From assembly GCA_017472015.1 (NCBI GenBank), contig JAFURC010000026.1:5427-69426 (forward strand): DNA of 64,000 nt, written 5' to 3'. A program made the translations under genes and the position numbers. This stretch comes from Bacilli bacterium (GTDB taxonomy: Bacteria; Bacillota_I; Bacilli_A; RF39; UBA660). Shown here in pieces: positions 10,404 through 21,307 of this stretch (positions are counted from its first letter, which is position 1; the number at the start of each line of letters is the position of its first letter). The notes beneath the pieces were generated by a model. That model saw only the letters and a list, made by a program, of their open reading frames with translations, had not been told where the DNA came from and did not search any database.

Positions 10404-11160
10404 TAATTATTTAACTGATACGCATTTTCATCTTGATTTAGATGATGATATTGATAACATATTAGAAAATGCTAGAAAAGAAGGAGTCAGGAATTTTATC
10501 ATATCGGGATGTGATTTAAAAGGAATCGAAGAAGGAATTAAAATTATTAATAAGTATGAAAATATTTATTTAACAATTGGAATTCATCCAGATGAAATAA
10601 ATGATTTTAATGACATTACTATTTCTTATTTAGAAAAATTAATTTTAGAAAATGAAAAAATAATAGGAATTGGAGAAATTGGTCTTGATTATTATCACAA
10701 TAAAGAAAATAAAGAATCTCAAAAACGAATTTTTAAATTACAACTTGATCTTTCCCAAAAACTTGATTTACCTGTTGTTATTCATTCACGAGATGCTTTT
10801 TTAGATACTTATAATATTTTAAAAGAATATGATTTAAAAGGAACAATTCATTGTTTTTCAGGTTCACTTGAATGTGCTAAAATGTATATAGATTTAGGTT
10901 ATTTACTAGGAATTGGAGGAGTATCAACTTATAAAAATACTAATTTAACAAGTGTTTTAAAAGAAATAGATTTAAATCATATTGTTTTTGAAACTGATAG
11001 TCCTTATTTAACGCCTGAACCAATTAGAACCGAAGTAAATGAACCTAAAAATGTTAGCATTATCTGTGATAATCTGTGTCAAATAAAAAACAAAACAAGA
11101 GAAGAAGTAATCAAGATAACAACCAATAATGTTATAAATAATTATAATAGGCTAAAATAA
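10396..11160 (+). CDS. tatD: TatD family hydrolase
   Basis: DTHFH, GIHP, GEIGLDY, HSRDA, HCFSG, ETDSP. Confidence 0.95.
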   Translation: MNNNYLTDTHFHLDLDDDIDNILENARKEGVRNFIISGCDLKGIEEGIKIINKYENIYLTIGIHPDEINDFNDITISYLEKLILENEKIIGIGEIGLDYYHNKENKESQKRIFKLQLDLSQKLDLPVVIHSRDAFLDTYNILKEYDLKGTIHCFSGSLECAKMYIDLGYLLGIGGVSTYKNTNLTSVLKEIDLNHIVFETDSPYLTPEPIRTEVNEPKNVSIICDNLCQIKNKTREEVIKITTNNVINNYNRLK

Positions 11161-11230
11161 TTAGTCTATTTTTTTATATTTGACTAAATCCCAATTAAGT
11201 GATATATTTTTATCATAGAGGTGGTTTACT

Positions 11231-11830
11231 TTGAAATTAGAGAAGAAGCAAATCAATTCATTAAAACAATATTTTTTTCATTTCTTTTTTATAATTTCTT
11301 TAATGTTTTTAATTGCAACTAGTAATACTAAAGATAGTTTTGTCGTTAATAATATAAATACAGTTAAAGCATTAGAGTCATCAAGAATTGAACAAATTGA
11401 TACTAAAAAGCCTATTAATTTAGTTCCAACATTTACAAGAGTTACTTCAATTCAAGAGTTAAATGCAATTCAAAATAAAAAAATTGAATTTACAGGAACT
11501 TTAACAGGTTATGGACCAGATTGTGTTGGTTGTAGTGGAATAGTTGGTTGTCCACCTTATCAAAATGTTAAAAATGGGAATATTTATTATGAAGACTCAA
11601 CTTATGGTAAAATTAGAATTGTTGCAGCCGATAAAAGCATTCCATGTGGAAGTATTATAAAAATATCTAATTATCCACATATAGATGGAGATTTTTATGG
11701 AATAGTTCTCGATAGAGGAAGTGCCATTAATGGTTTAACCATGGATTTACTATATGAAAGTGAACAAAATACTATAAAAATAGGAAGAACTTATAATATA
11801 AATTTTAAAATTGAAAGATGGGGATTTTAA
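11231..11830 (+). CDS. membrane-anchored 3D-domain (MltA-like) cell wall protein, at the yabE position
   Basis: N-terminal TM; TGYGPDC, IVAAD..IPCGS, LDRGSAI, MDLL. Confidence 0.8.
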   Translation: MKLEKKQINSLKQYFFHFFFIISLMFLIATSNTKDSFVVNNINTVKALESSRIEQIDTKKPINLVPTFTRVTSIQELNAIQNKKIEFTGTLTGYGPDCVGCSGIVGCPPYQNVKNGNIYYEDSTYGKIRIVAADKSIPCGSIIKISNYPHIDGDFYGIVLDRGSAINGLTMDLLYESEQNTIKIGRTYNINFKIERWGF

Positions 11831-11958
11831 GTAAAAAAATTCTAATAAATTGTAGAATTTTGTAAAATAAAAAAATTGTTTAAAAAAAGTCAAAAAACAT
11901 ATTGCTTTTTTTTTTTTTATTATGCTAATATTTTTATTGTAAGGAGGATAAGAAAATT

Positions 11959-12711
11959 ATGAATGAAAATTCATCTAAACAAGTATTGTTATCAATTTTA
12001 GGAATTGCTGTATTAGTAGTTGCTGTAGTAGGAGTGTCATTTGCGTTCTTTAGTTATTCAAAAACTGGACTTACAAATAATGTTATTACTACAGGTGAAA
12101 TCTACATGTATTTAACTGAAGGTAATACTATGACATTAACTAATGCTTTCCCAGTTAAAACAGATTTAACTACAACTCAAGATGCTGCTGATGACATTGG
12201 TAAATTAACATTCAGTGTTACAGGAAAAAATACATCAAATACTGATATTGCTTACAAAGTATACTTAGTTCCAGGAGAAGCACCAAGTGATGCTTATGGT
12301 ACAGAAGATTTATTAAAAGAATCTGAAGTAAGTGCAATCATGACTACTCAAGGTGAAGGAATAACTAATAAAATTAGTGCAGCTACTCCAGTTGTTGGTT
12401 TATCACAAGGTTTACTAATTGCTGAATCTAAAATTCCTGCAGATACTGAAGCTGATGTAACACATCAATATACTATTAATATGTATGTTAATAATACAGT
12501 AAAAATTTCTGATACTGATGCTAATGTTAATGGAGATCCAACTGATTATTGTGCTCATGCAAAAAAAGGTACTCCAGAAACTACAACTGCTACAGGTAAC
12601 TATGGTTGTGAATTAAATAAACCAGTATATAGTGATATGTATTTTTCAGCTAAAGTTCAAGTAATTGGTAATACTACTGCTGCAAACATTGCTCCAGTTG
12701 TTACACCATAA
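11959..12711 (+). CDS. secreted protein with SipW-class (TasA/CalY-like) signal peptide
   Basis: hydrophobic stretch then GVSFAFFS...N.ITTG.I; Thr/Ala-rich beta body; strong RBS. Confidence 0.65.
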   Translation: MNENSSKQVLLSILGIAVLVVAVVGVSFAFFSYSKTGLTNNVITTGEIYMYLTEGNTMTLTNAFPVKTDLTTTQDAADDIGKLTFSVTGKNTSNTDIAYKVYLVPGEAPSDAYGTEDLLKESEVSAIMTTQGEGITNKISAATPVVGLSQGLLIAESKIPADTEADVTHQYTINMYVNNTVKISDTDANVNGDPTDYCAHAKKGTPETTTATGNYGCELNKPVYSDMYFSAKVQVIGNTTAANIAPVVTP

Positions 12712-12731
12712 GAATTTAAATGAACTTACTT

Positions 12732-12757
12732 AGACTTTGAGAAATCAAGGTCTTTTT
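12732..12757 (+). terminator. intrinsic terminator
   Basis: AGACTTTGA-GAAA-TCAAGGTCT plus T-run. Confidence 0.7.
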
Positions 12758-12857
12758 CTTTTGAAAAAATGTCAAAAATTTACAAAAAGTAATTGCTTTT
12801 TTTAGGGTTTTATTATATCATTATTATAGAACATGGAGTTCAAAAGGAGGATTACAT

Positions 12858-13139
12858 ATGAAAATAACATCAGTAGATGTAAGAAGATTTGAAAAAGAAG
12901 GATCACGTATGAAAGGACGTGCAACAGTTCAATTAGATGATTGTTTTGTTGTTCGTGATATTCGTATTATTGATGGTGACAATGGTTTATTCATTGCTAT
13001 GCCAAGCAAAAAAGTTCCAGGAGGACATAAAGACATTGCTCATCCAATTAATCGTGAAACAAGAAAAATGTTTGAAGATGCTATTTTAGAAGCATATGAA
13101 AATGCTGAAGTAGAAGAACCTACAAGCGACGAAGAATAA
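12858..13139 (+). CDS. spoVG: septation regulator SpoVG
   Basis: MKITSVDVR, DIRIIDG, GLFIAMPS, DIAHPIN. Confidence 0.95.
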   Translation: MKITSVDVRRFEKEGSRMKGRATVQLDDCFVVRDIRIIDGDNGLFIAMPSKKVPGGHKDIAHPINRETRKMFEDAILEAYENAEVEEPTSDEE

Positions 13140-13141
13140 TC

Positions 13142-13164
13142 AAAGACCTATTGGTCTTTTTTTT
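13142..13164 (+). terminator. intrinsic terminator after spoVG
   Basis: AAAGACC-TATT-GGTCTTT plus T-run. Confidence 0.75.
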
Positions 13165-13195
13165 TATTATTTAAATAAGATTAAATGGAGGGAGT

Positions 13196-13489
13196 ATGGA
13201 AAGAGATAATCAAATACATAACTATAACCATGTTTTTAATCTTGTTGAAAGAAAAAATGTAAGTATATCAGGAGTTAAAAAAATCGATAGTTTTGATAGC
13301 GAAGAATTTTTAATAGAATCAGTTATGGGAATGATGATATTAAAAGGATCAGGTCTTGAACTTATAAAACTTGATACTAGAGAAGGGGTTGTAACTATTA
13401 AAGGTATGGTTAATAGTTTAAGTTATGTTGATAGTGAAACTGCTAAAAAGAATAAAGAAAATTCAGTTATAAGTAGGTTATTTAAATGA
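13196..13489 (+). CDS. yabP: sporulation protein YabP
   Basis: R..V.ISGVK.IDSFD...G...KG..L...LD; SRLFK end; synteny. Confidence 0.9.
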   Translation: MERDNQIHNYNHVFNLVERKNVSISGVKKIDSFDSEEFLIESVMGMMILKGSGLELIKLDTREGVVTIKGMVNSLSYVDSETAKKNKENSVISRLFK

Positions 13490-13764
13490 GTTTAATAATT
13501 CAAATTCAAACTATTGCTTATACTTTTTTATTTGGAATAGTTATATCTTTGCTATTTAATTTACTATATAAAATATTATTTACTAAAAAAATTATTATTA
13601 ATTTTATTACTAATTTTCTTTTTATGTTTATTATGAGTTCACTTTATTTTTATTACTTATTAATAGTTAATGATGGTGTAATTCATATTTACCTACTTTT
13701 TATCTTTTTGATTAGTTTCTTTTTATATAACCGAATATTTAGAAAAATCAGATGGGTTGGTTGA
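13486..13764 (+). CDS. yabQ: spore cortex protein YabQ (short membrane form)
   Basis: hydrophobic, MSL..Q and N.G.I..Y motifs; between yabP and divIC. Confidence 0.75.
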   Translation: MSLIIQIQTIAYTFLFGIVISLLFNLLYKILFTKKIIINFITNFLFMFIMSSLYFYYLLIVNDGVIHIYLLFIFLISFFLYNRIFRKIRWVG

Positions 13765-13829
13765 TGGTTTAACAAGTCTTGAAAAAAACTTAACTTTTTG
13801 GTATTATTATCATGATAGGATGTGATAAT

Positions 13830-14135
13830 ATGGCTAAGAAGAAAAAAGTAAAGAAAAAAGCTAAAAGGATTATGACTTTTGGTTTATTTTCGGTTTTATT
13901 AATTACTCTTGTCATTTTTACCTTATTAAGTGTCTTTGTTGAAATAGTTGATAAATATCAAGAAAAACAAGAATTAGAAAATAGATTAGTTAATTTAGAA
14001 CAAAAACAAAAACAGTTAGAAACTGATGTTAAGAAATTAGAAGATCCTGAGTATTTAGCAAGATATGCAAGGGAAAAATATTTCTATTCAAAAGACGGTG
14101 AATTAATAATTAGAATACCTGAAGATGAAGAATAA
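13830..14135 (+). CDS. divIC: septum formation initiator DivIC/FtsB
   Basis: basic N-terminus, TM, coiled coil, L.DPEYLARYAREKY..SKDGE. Confidence 0.9.
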   Translation: MAKKKKVKKKAKRIMTFGLFSVLLITLVIFTLLSVFVEIVDKYQEKQELENRLVNLEQKQKQLETDVKKLEDPEYLARYAREKYFYSKDGELIIRIPEDEE

Positions 14136-14294
14136 CTACTAATTTGTAGTTATTTTTGTTTTGATAAAACATTTTTTTTGATTTATTTCTTGTTTTTTGT
14201 CAAATATTGTAAAAAATAAAATATCTTAAAATTCTCTTTAATTCATCTTGATTAAAATCTCTTAATTTAGTAAAATACTTTACAGGTGGAGCCA

Positions 14295-15611
14295 ATGGAA
14301 TTAGTATTAGAATTTTTAAAAGAAAAAGTTAATTTAAAAAGAGAAGATAGTGTTGTAATTGGAGTTAGTTCAGGACCTGATTCGATGTGTTTATTATATT
14401 TACTTCAAAAACTTCAAAAAAGTATTGGTTTTAAAATAATAGTTGCTCATATAAATCACAAAAAAAGAATTGAAAGTGAAGAGGAAGAACATTTTTTAAA
14501 ACTTTATGCTAAAGAACATAATTTAATTTTTGAAAGTATGCAAATTACAGAGTATAAAAAAACAAATTTTCATGCATATGCAAGAGAAGTTCGTTATAAT
14601 TTTTATAAAGAATTGTTAAATAAATACAATGCTTCATATTTAATGACTGCACATCATGGTGATGATTTGATGGAAACAATTTTAATGCGATTAGTAAGGG
14701 GTTCAACTTTAAAAGGTTATCAAGGATTTCCTCTTATAACTAATATGGAAACATATTTAATTGTAAGACCTCTTTTATTTGTAACTAAAGAAGATATAAT
14801 GAATTTTATTAATGCTAATAATATTCCATATCGAACTGATAATAGTAATTTCTCAGATATTTATACAAGAAATCGATATCGAATGAATGTTTTACCGTTT
14901 TTAAAAGAAGAAAACCCAAGTGTTCATTTAAAGTTTTTGAAATTTAGTAATTTAATTGAAGAAGCCAATAATTATATTGAAAAAGTTTTAGAGATTGCTT
15001 ATAATAATACATATAAGGAAGGTAGTTTAGATATTTTTATATTTAAAGAATTAGATGAGTTTATTCAGAAATTAGTTATTGAAAAGATTTTAACTACTAT
15101 TTATGATGATTTAAGTCTTGTAACTGATAAACATGTTGATTTAATAATTGAACTTATTAAAAAGAATAAAACTGGAAGTATGTTGAGTTTACCTAATTCG
15201 ATTATTTGTGTAGTTGAATATGATTATTTAAGGTTTAAAAAAGTTTCTGAATATTTAGAGTATAAATTTGAATTAGTTGATGGATTAGAATTACCAAATG
15301 GGATGAAATTTACTAAATTAAATGGTAACGAAAATGGGAATGATACTTTGCATATATCAAGTAGTGAAGTTAAATTACCTCTTTATGTTAGGAATAAAAA
15401 AGATGGAGATATTATTGAGTTAAAAGGCATGAATGGTAAGAGAAAAGTAAGTGATATTTTTATCGATAATAAGATTAATAAACTTGAAAGAAATAGTTAT
15501 CCAGTTGTGGTTGATAGTAATGATATAATAATTTGGATACCAAAAATAAAAAAATCAAAATATGATAGTCAAAATAGTGAAAAGTGTGATATAATGTTTA
15601 AATGTTTGTAA
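14295..15611 (+). CDS. tilS: tRNA(Ile)-lysidine synthetase
   Basis: SSGPDS PP-loop, TAHHGDD.METILMRL.RG, RPLL, RNRYR. Confidence 0.96.
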   Translation: MELVLEFLKEKVNLKREDSVVIGVSSGPDSMCLLYLLQKLQKSIGFKIIVAHINHKKRIESEEEEHFLKLYAKEHNLIFESMQITEYKKTNFHAYAREVRYNFYKELLNKYNASYLMTAHHGDDLMETILMRLVRGSTLKGYQGFPLITNMETYLIVRPLLFVTKEDIMNFINANNIPYRTDNSNFSDIYTRNRYRMNVLPFLKEENPSVHLKFLKFSNLIEEANNYIEKVLEIAYNNTYKEGSLDIFIFKELDEFIQKLVIEKILTTIYDDLSLVTDKHVDLIIELIKKNKTGSMLSLPNSIICVVEYDYLRFKKVSEYLEYKFELVDGLELPNGMKFTKLNGNENGNDTLHISSSEVKLPLYVRNKKDGDIIELKGMNGKRKVSDIFIDNKINKLERNSYPVVVDSNDIIIWIPKIKKSKYDSQNSEKCDIMFKCL

Positions 15612-15622
15612 GGAGAGATTTT

Positions 15623-17632
15623 ATGAATAAAAAAGAGATAAAAAAAGGCATAATGCCATATGTTGTATTAATTGTAATAATGTTGGTAGTTATTTACTTT
15701 TTTAATATTTTTAATGTTAAGGTAAATGATTTAACCTATGATAAATTTGTTAATAGTTTAAATAATAATGAAATTACTGAAATAACTATTATTCCAAGTA
15801 TTGATGGTGGTGTTTATAATATTACTGGTAAACTAAAAGATTATGAAGAAAATGAAACTTTTAGTGTTCAAGCACCTTTATCTGATGAAGTAATTAATCA
15901 AATTACTAGTGCTAATGAAAAGTATGACTTTGAGGTTAACACTGAAAAAGATCCTAATAGTAGTATGTGGTTATATGCTATTATTAATTTCTTACCACTT
16001 GTTTTAATTGGTGTATTCATGTTTGTTATAATTGGAAAACAAATGGGTGGAAATAATAAATCATTTGATTTTGGTAAGAGTCGTGCTAAATTAGATGATA
16101 GTGGGAAGAAAGTAACTTTCAATGAAGTTGCTGGTTTAAAAGAAGAAAAAGAAGAATTAAAAGAATTAATTGATTTTTTGAAAAATCCTAAGAAATTTCA
16201 AAAACTTGGAGCAAGAATACCAAAAGGTGTATTATTAGTAGGTCCTCCTGGAACTGGTAAAACATTACTTGCAAGAGCTGTTGCTGGGGAAGCGAATGTT
16301 CCATTCTATTATATAAGTGGATCTGATTTTGTTGAATTATTCGTTGGTGTTGGAGCAAGTCGTGTTCGTGATATGTTCCGTCAAGCAAAACATAATGCAC
16401 CATGTTTAATTTTCATTGATGAAATTGATGCTGTTGGTCGTCAAAGAGGAACTGGTTTAGGTGGAGGCCATGATGAACGTGAACAAACATTAAACCAATT
16501 ATTAACAGAAATGGATGGATTTGGAGCAAATGAAGGAATAATTATAATTGCTGCAACTAACCGTGCTGATGTATTAGATCCAGCCTTACTTCGTCCAGGA
16601 AGATTCGATAGACAAGTAACCGTTAATTTACCAGATGTAAAAGCCCGTGAAGAAATCCTTGCTGTTCATGCTCGAAATAAGACTTTAGATAAAAATGTAA
16701 CTTTAAATAACTTAGCAAGAAGAACTCCTGGTTTTTCCGGAGCAGACCTTGAAAATTTATTAAATGAAGCAGCCTTACTTGCGGTTCGTCGTAATAAAGA
16801 AAGTATTTCAATGAGTGAAGTTGATGAAGCAACTGATCGTGTATTAATGGGACCTGCTAAGAAAAGTAAAAAATACACTGATGAAGAAAAACGCCTTGTT
16901 TCCTTCCATGAAGCAGGACACGTTGTATTAGGATTAAAATTAAATTCTGCTAATATTGTTCAAAAGGTAACAATTATTCCAAGAAGTTATGCTGGTGGAT
17001 ATGCTATGATGGTTCCAAAAGAAGAAAAATATACCCAAACTAAACGTGAACTATTAGAACAAATTACTGGGTTACTTGGTGGTCGTGTATCTGAAGAATT
17101 AAACTTTGGAGAAATCACAACTGGTGCACATAATGACTTTGAAAAAGCAACTAAAATTGCTCGTGCAATGGTTACTGAATATGGTATGAGTGATTTAGGA
17201 CCAGTTCAACTTGAACATCAATCAGAAGGAGTTTTCTTAGGACGTGATTACAACAAAAGCCGTAATTTCTCTGACATTGTTGCTCATGAAATTGATGAAG
17301 AAATTCGAAAAATTGTTGGTGAGTGTTATGAAACAGCAACTAAGATTTTAAAAGAAAATGCTGATTTAGTTAAATTAATTGCTGAAGCATTACTTGAAAA
17401 AGAAACTTTAACTAAAGAACAAATTGAATACTTAGTTGAACATAAAAAATTACCAGTTGATACAACTCTTGAAGATATGACTTTAGAAGAATTAAGAGAA
17501 TTAGCTAAAGTTAAAAATCTTAAAGGTTATTCAAAACTTGAAAAAGAAGATTTGATTAGATTAATTGAAACTAATGGTGAATCTTTAAATAATAAAGATA
17601 AAAAAGAAAATTCTAAAGATAAAGCAAATTAA
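15623..17632 (+). CDS. ftsH: ATP-dependent zinc metalloprotease FtsH with C-terminal Rho-N-like helix pair
   Basis: 2 [28 protein letters not shown]. Confidence 0.98.
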   Translation: MNKKEIKKGIMPYVVLIVIMLVVIYFFNIFNVKVNDLTYDKFVNSLNNNEITEITIIPSIDGGVYNITGKLKDYEENETFSVQAPLSDEVINQITSANEKYDFEVNTEKDPNSSMWLYAIINFLPLVLIGVFMFVIIGKQMGGNNKSFDFGKSRAKLDDSGKKVTFNEVAGLKEEKEELKELIDFLKNPKKFQKLGARIPKGVLLVGPPGTGKTLLARAVAGEANVPFYYISGSDFVELFVGVGASRVRDMFRQAKHNAPCLIFIDEIDAVGRQRGTGLGGGHDEREQTLNQLLTEMDGFGANEGIIIIAATNRADVLDPALLRPGRFDRQVTVNLPDVKAREEILAVHARNKTLDKNVTLNNLARRTPGFSGADLENLLNEAALLAVRRNKESISMSEVDEATDRVLMGPAKKSKKYTDEEKRLVSFHEAGHVVLGLKLNSANIVQKVTIIPRSYAGGYAMMVPKEEKYTQTKRELLEQITGLLGGRVSEELNFGEITTGAHNDFEKATKIARAMVTEYGMSDLGPVQLEHQSEGVFLGRDYNKSRNFSDIVAHEIDEEIRKIVGECYETATKILKENADLVKLIAEALLEKETLTKEQIEYLVEHKKLPVDTTLEDMTLEELRELAKVKNLKGYSKLEKEDLIRLIETNGESLNNKDKKENSKDKAN

Positions 17633-17646
17633 CCTTTGCTTTTTTT
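17621..17646 (+). terminator. intrinsic terminator after ftsH
   Basis: AAAGCAAA...TTTGCTTT plus T-run. Confidence 0.6.
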
Positions 17647-17702
17647 AGTTTGCTTGAAAACTTATAGTGTGATATAATGTCATCAAGAAGTGAGGTAATT
17701 AG

Positions 17703-19205
17703 ATGTCTTTTATTATAGATTTTTTTGAAAGTATTATATATTTTTTAGGAAGTTTATATCCTACATTTAGAAGTATTAATAATTTTATTGGTACTTTATT
17801 ACCAGCCTTAGTTACATATAGAAGTGTTTATTTTATAATTGGGCTTTTTTGGACTAGAAAGTTTAAACCTGCTAAAAAAAAGCATAAATATGGAATTGTA
17901 ATAGCGGCTCGTAATGAAGAAACAGTTATTGGAAATTTAATAGATAGTATAAATAAGCAAGATTATCCAAGAGAATTATTAACAATTTTTGTAGTTGCTG
18001 ATAATTGTACAGATAAAACTGCCCAAATTGCTCGAGAAAAAGGTTGTATTTGTTATGAACGATTTGATGATACAAGAAAAACTAAAGGTTTTGCCTTAGA
18101 ATACTTGTTCGATCGAATTGAAGAAGATTATGGAAGACAATCATTTGAAGGTTATTTTGTCTTTGATGCAGATAATTTATTAAAAAAAGATTATATTTCA
18201 CGAATGAATGATGCCTTTGATTCAGGTGAAAAAATGATAACATCATATCGAAATATTAAAAATATTGATGAAAACTGGATAACAATGAGTTTTGCTGTTC
18301 ACTGGTTAAGATCAATTAGATTTAATCATCGTGCTCGTTCTGTTTTAAGACTAGCAACGAATATTCAAGGAACCGGATATTTATTTGCAAGTGAAGTTGT
18401 TCAAGATGGATGGCATTACACATCATTAACTGAAGATAGAGGATTAACAGCTGATGCCGTTAGTCAAGGATATCGAATTTCTTATCAAGATGCAGCCGAA
18501 TTTTATGATGAACAAACTCCAGATTATAAAGTTGCATATAATCAAAAACTTCGTTGGTCAAAAGGACTTTTGATTAATTTCAAAGAGTCAGGTTGGAAAT
18601 TATTTGTTAATATTATCTTCGGAAGAAAATATGCAAAAGTTAAATGGAGCAAAGAAGAAGTAGAAAAACGTCCTTGGTGGAAGAAATTATTTATTGCTTT
18701 AAAAGATCGTTTTATTATGTTTGATACATTTATGCATTTATTACCAACTAATGTTATTAATCTTTTCCGTTGGATTTTAGTAGTTTTAATTCTTCGTTCA
18801 TGTTATTGCTATTCAACAGGGGTTAATAATATTGATTTCTTTGCTGGAGGAACTTATCTTGCTCAAGTATTAAGGCATTTCTTTAATATAAAAATTCACA
18901 TTTCAAATGGTATTAATTCTTTATGGGCAACTTTCTTAATAGGTGTTTGGGCCAGATTATTTTACCGAATGGGTGCATATATAGAAAACATAATTGTTCC
19001 TTATTATATTTTATTCTTAGAGCGAAAAAGAATTAAAAAGATACCATTTAAAAAAGTGTTTTATTATAGTTTATTATGGCCAATTTTCGATATTGTAGGT
19101 CGTTATACAACTTATATTGCTTTATTTAAAAAAGTATCATGGAAACCAGTTCCTCATGTTAGTAAAATAACAATTGATGAAATAGAAAAAGAAAAAAATA
19201 AATAA
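17703..19205 (+). CDS. membrane GT2 glycosyltransferase
   Basis: AARNEE, ADNCTD, DAD, TED, QKLRW; C-terminal TMs. Confidence 0.9.
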   Translation: MSFIIDFFESIIYFLGSLYPTFRSINNFIGTLLPALVTYRSVYFIIGLFWTRKFKPAKKKHKYGIVIAARNEETVIGNLIDSINKQDYPRELLTIFVVADNCTDKTAQIAREKGCICYERFDDTRKTKGFALEYLFDRIEEDYGRQSFEGYFVFDADNLLKKDYISRMNDAFDSGEKMITSYRNIKNIDENWITMSFAVHWLRSIRFNHRARSVLRLATNIQGTGYLFASEVVQDGWHYTSLTEDRGLTADAVSQGYRISYQDAAEFYDEQTPDYKVAYNQKLRWSKGLLINFKESGWKLFVNIIFGRKYAKVKWSKEEVEKRPWWKKLFIALKDRFIMFDTFMHLLPTNVINLFRWILVVLILRSCYCYSTGVNNIDFFAGGTYLAQVLRHFFNIKIHISNGINSLWATFLIGVWARLFYRMGAYIENIIVPYYILFLERKRIKKIPFKKVFYYSLLWPIFDIVGRYTTYIALFKKVSWKPVPHVSKITIDEIEKEKNK

Positions 19206-19330
19206 ACGAGTTAGTTAAATTTTCTAACTTGTTTTTCTATTTTGTCAAAAAAAGTGTTAAATACTAGAAATATGTCTTTATATATGTTAAGATCAAGTTG
19301 TACTGGAAAATTAATATTGTGGGAGGATTT

Positions 19331-19780
19331 ATGAAATTCTTAAAAATTAATGCCAAGGTACTATTGATTTTATGCTTATTTAGTGGAATTTTATTCTTAA
19401 GTACTGGTTGTGGAGAAACAACTGATAAAGATAATAAAAATAATCCAGACAATGGTTCAGAAGTAGGTAATAAAGATAACAATACTAATGATGATAATAA
19501 TAATTCATCAACTGATCCTAGTAATGATGATAAAACCACTAATAATGATGATAATAGTTTAGCATATAATGAAAATGTAGATTATTCAGTTTGGGTTGCT
19601 AATACAACAATTAACACTGATAAAAATCAAAAGAGTTATAAGGTTATTTGGGGAGATACTTTGTGGTTAATTTCAACTGCATGGGAAGTACCATATCAAG
19701 AAATAGCAACATTCAACAATATTCCAAATCCTGATTTAATTTATGTTGATCAAGTAATCTATAATCCATTATTTAAATAA
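19331..19780 (+). CDS. LysM-domain lipoprotein
   Basis: lipobox LSTGC, N/D-rich linker, YKVIWGDTLW.IS...NI.NPDLIY. Confidence 0.85.
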   Translation: MKFLKINAKVLLILCLFSGILFLSTGCGETTDKDNKNNPDNGSEVGNKDNNTNDDNNNSSTDPSNDDKTTNNDDNSLAYNENVDYSVWVANTTINTDKNQKSYKVIWGDTLWLISTAWEVPYQEIATFNNIPNPDLIYVDQVIYNPLFK

Positions 19781-19802
19781 TTATAAGTATAAATCAATTA
19801 CC

Positions 19803-19823
19803 AAAAGAACTTCGGTTCTTTTT
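19803..19823 (+). terminator. intrinsic terminator with UUCG loop
   Basis: AAAAGAAC-TTCG-GTTCTTTTT. Confidence 0.8.
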
Positions 19824-19870
19824 TATTTTACAAATTTTTATTTTTTTTGTATAATTCTTGTGGTGAGTTT

Positions 19871-20296
19871 ATGTTTGAATCAGAAATAAAAGAAAAAATA
19901 TTTCAAAAACTTGAATATGATACTTATATGTTAAAAGAATATTTACTAATTTATTTTAAATTATTCTTTAATTTTAGCGATGATTTAGAAATAAGAAAAA
20001 AATTTAATGAATTTATAAAAAATTATTATTTATATTCTTTGCTAGAATATCAAATACTATTTAGAATAGGAAATGTAGATTATAATGAAAAATTAGAAGA
20101 AATATGTTTAGATATGTTAGAAGAATTAGAAAAGATATATTTTAAACAATTTAATTATAATGAATATGTATTAAGTAGTTACGAAGATGCTATTTCAATG
20201 AATGACATAAACCGAGCAGTTATTAGAGAAAGAGAAGTTGACTGTCTTACAAAAGAAGTAAAAGAGGAGTTTATTAAAAAGTTAACTTTAAAATAA
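19871..20296 (+). CDS. hypothetical protein
   Basis: TTTACA/TATAAT promoter-like boxes, RBS GGTGA; ends IKKLTLK. Confidence 0.65.
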   Translation: MFESEIKEKIFQKLEYDTYMLKEYLLIYFKLFFNFSDDLEIRKKFNEFIKNYYLYSLLEYQILFRIGNVDYNEKLEEICLDMLEELEKIYFKQFNYNEYVLSSYEDAISMNDINRAVIREREVDCLTKEVKEEFIKKLTLK

Positions 20297-20323
20297 TAAA
20301 AAATTAAAAAGTAGGTGATTTAT

Positions 20324-21307
20324 ATGTATATAGGAAATGTAGAAATAAAAGGAAAAACGGTTTTAGCTCCTATGGCAGGTATTTGTAATAGTGCTTTTAG
20401 AAAAATTATTAAAGAAATGGGATGTTCGTTGATTTATGCGGAAATGGTAAGTGATAAAGCAATTTTTTATCGAAACGAAAAAACAAAAGATATGTTATTT
20501 ATGGAAAATGTTGAAAGACCAATTGCTCAACAAATATTCGGAAGTGATAAGGAGTCATTTGTTGAAGCTGCTAAATATATTGAAGAAGTAATGCATCCAG
20601 ATATAATTGATATAAATATGGGATGTCCTGTTCCTAAAGTTGCTGTTAAAAGTCAAGCTGGGGCTGCTCTTCTTAAAAATCCTGAAAAAATAAAAGAAAT
20701 AGTGTCAGCTGTAGTTGAAGCCGTATCTGTTCCTGTAACGGTTAAAATTAGAAGTGGTTGGGATAAAAATTCGATAAATGCTGTCGAAGTTGCCAAAATA
20801 TGTGAAAGTGCAGGAGCAAGTGCTATTACAATTCATCCAAGAACAAGAAATCAAGGTTATGCAGGTTTATCCGACTGGAGTATTATAAAACAAGTTAAAG
20901 AAAATGTAAGTATTCCTGTCATTGGAAATGGGGATATTACAGATATTTATAAAGCCAAACAAATGTTAGATGAAACTGGATGTGATCTTATCATGATAGG
21001 TCGGGGAGTTCTTGGAAATCCTTGGCTAATAAGAGAAATAAATGCTTATTTAGAAGATGGAACTATTTTACCTAAGCCAACTAACGAAGAAAAAATAGAT
21101 ATGTGTTTAAAACATCTTGATTATTTAAGTAAAATTAAACCTGAAAAATTAGTATGTTTAGAAATTAGAAATCATGTTGCTTGGTATTTAAAAGGAATGA
21201 AAAATGCTAATGAAGTTAAAACAAAAATTTTTCAAATGACAAAAATATGTGATATAATAAACTTATTAAATGAATTTAAGGAGGAATTGAATGAAGAAAC
21301 CTGTTAG
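20324..21307 (+). CDS. dusB: tRNA-dihydrouridine synthase
   Basis: LAPMAG, DINMGCP, VTVKIRSGW, GNGDI. Confidence 0.95.
   Translation: MYIGNVEIKGKTVLAPMAGICNSAFRKIIKEMGCSLIYAEMVSDKAIFYRNEKTKDMLFMENVERPIAQQIFGSDKESFVEAAKYIEEVMHPDIIDINMGCPVPKVAVKSQAGAALLKNPEKIKEIVSAVVEAVSVPVTVKIRSGWDKNSINAVEVAKICESAGASAITIHPRTRNQGYAGLSDWSIIKQVKENVSIPVIGNGDITDIYKAKQMLDETGCDLIMIGRGVLGNPWLIREINAYLEDGTILPKPTNEEKIDMCLKHLDYLSKIKPEKLVCLEIRNHVAWYLKGMKNANEVKTKIFQMTKICDIINLLNEFKEELNEETC

Noticed and set aside
19430-19560. AAT/GAT-rich quasi-repeats
   Set aside because: Low-complexity Asn/Asp linker of the LysM lipoprotein, not a repeat array
19807-19818. GAAC-TTCG-GTTC resembling a LexA (Cheo) box
   Set aside because: It is the core of a cUUCGg hairpin with A-run and T-run flanks just after a stop codon, so a terminator explains it
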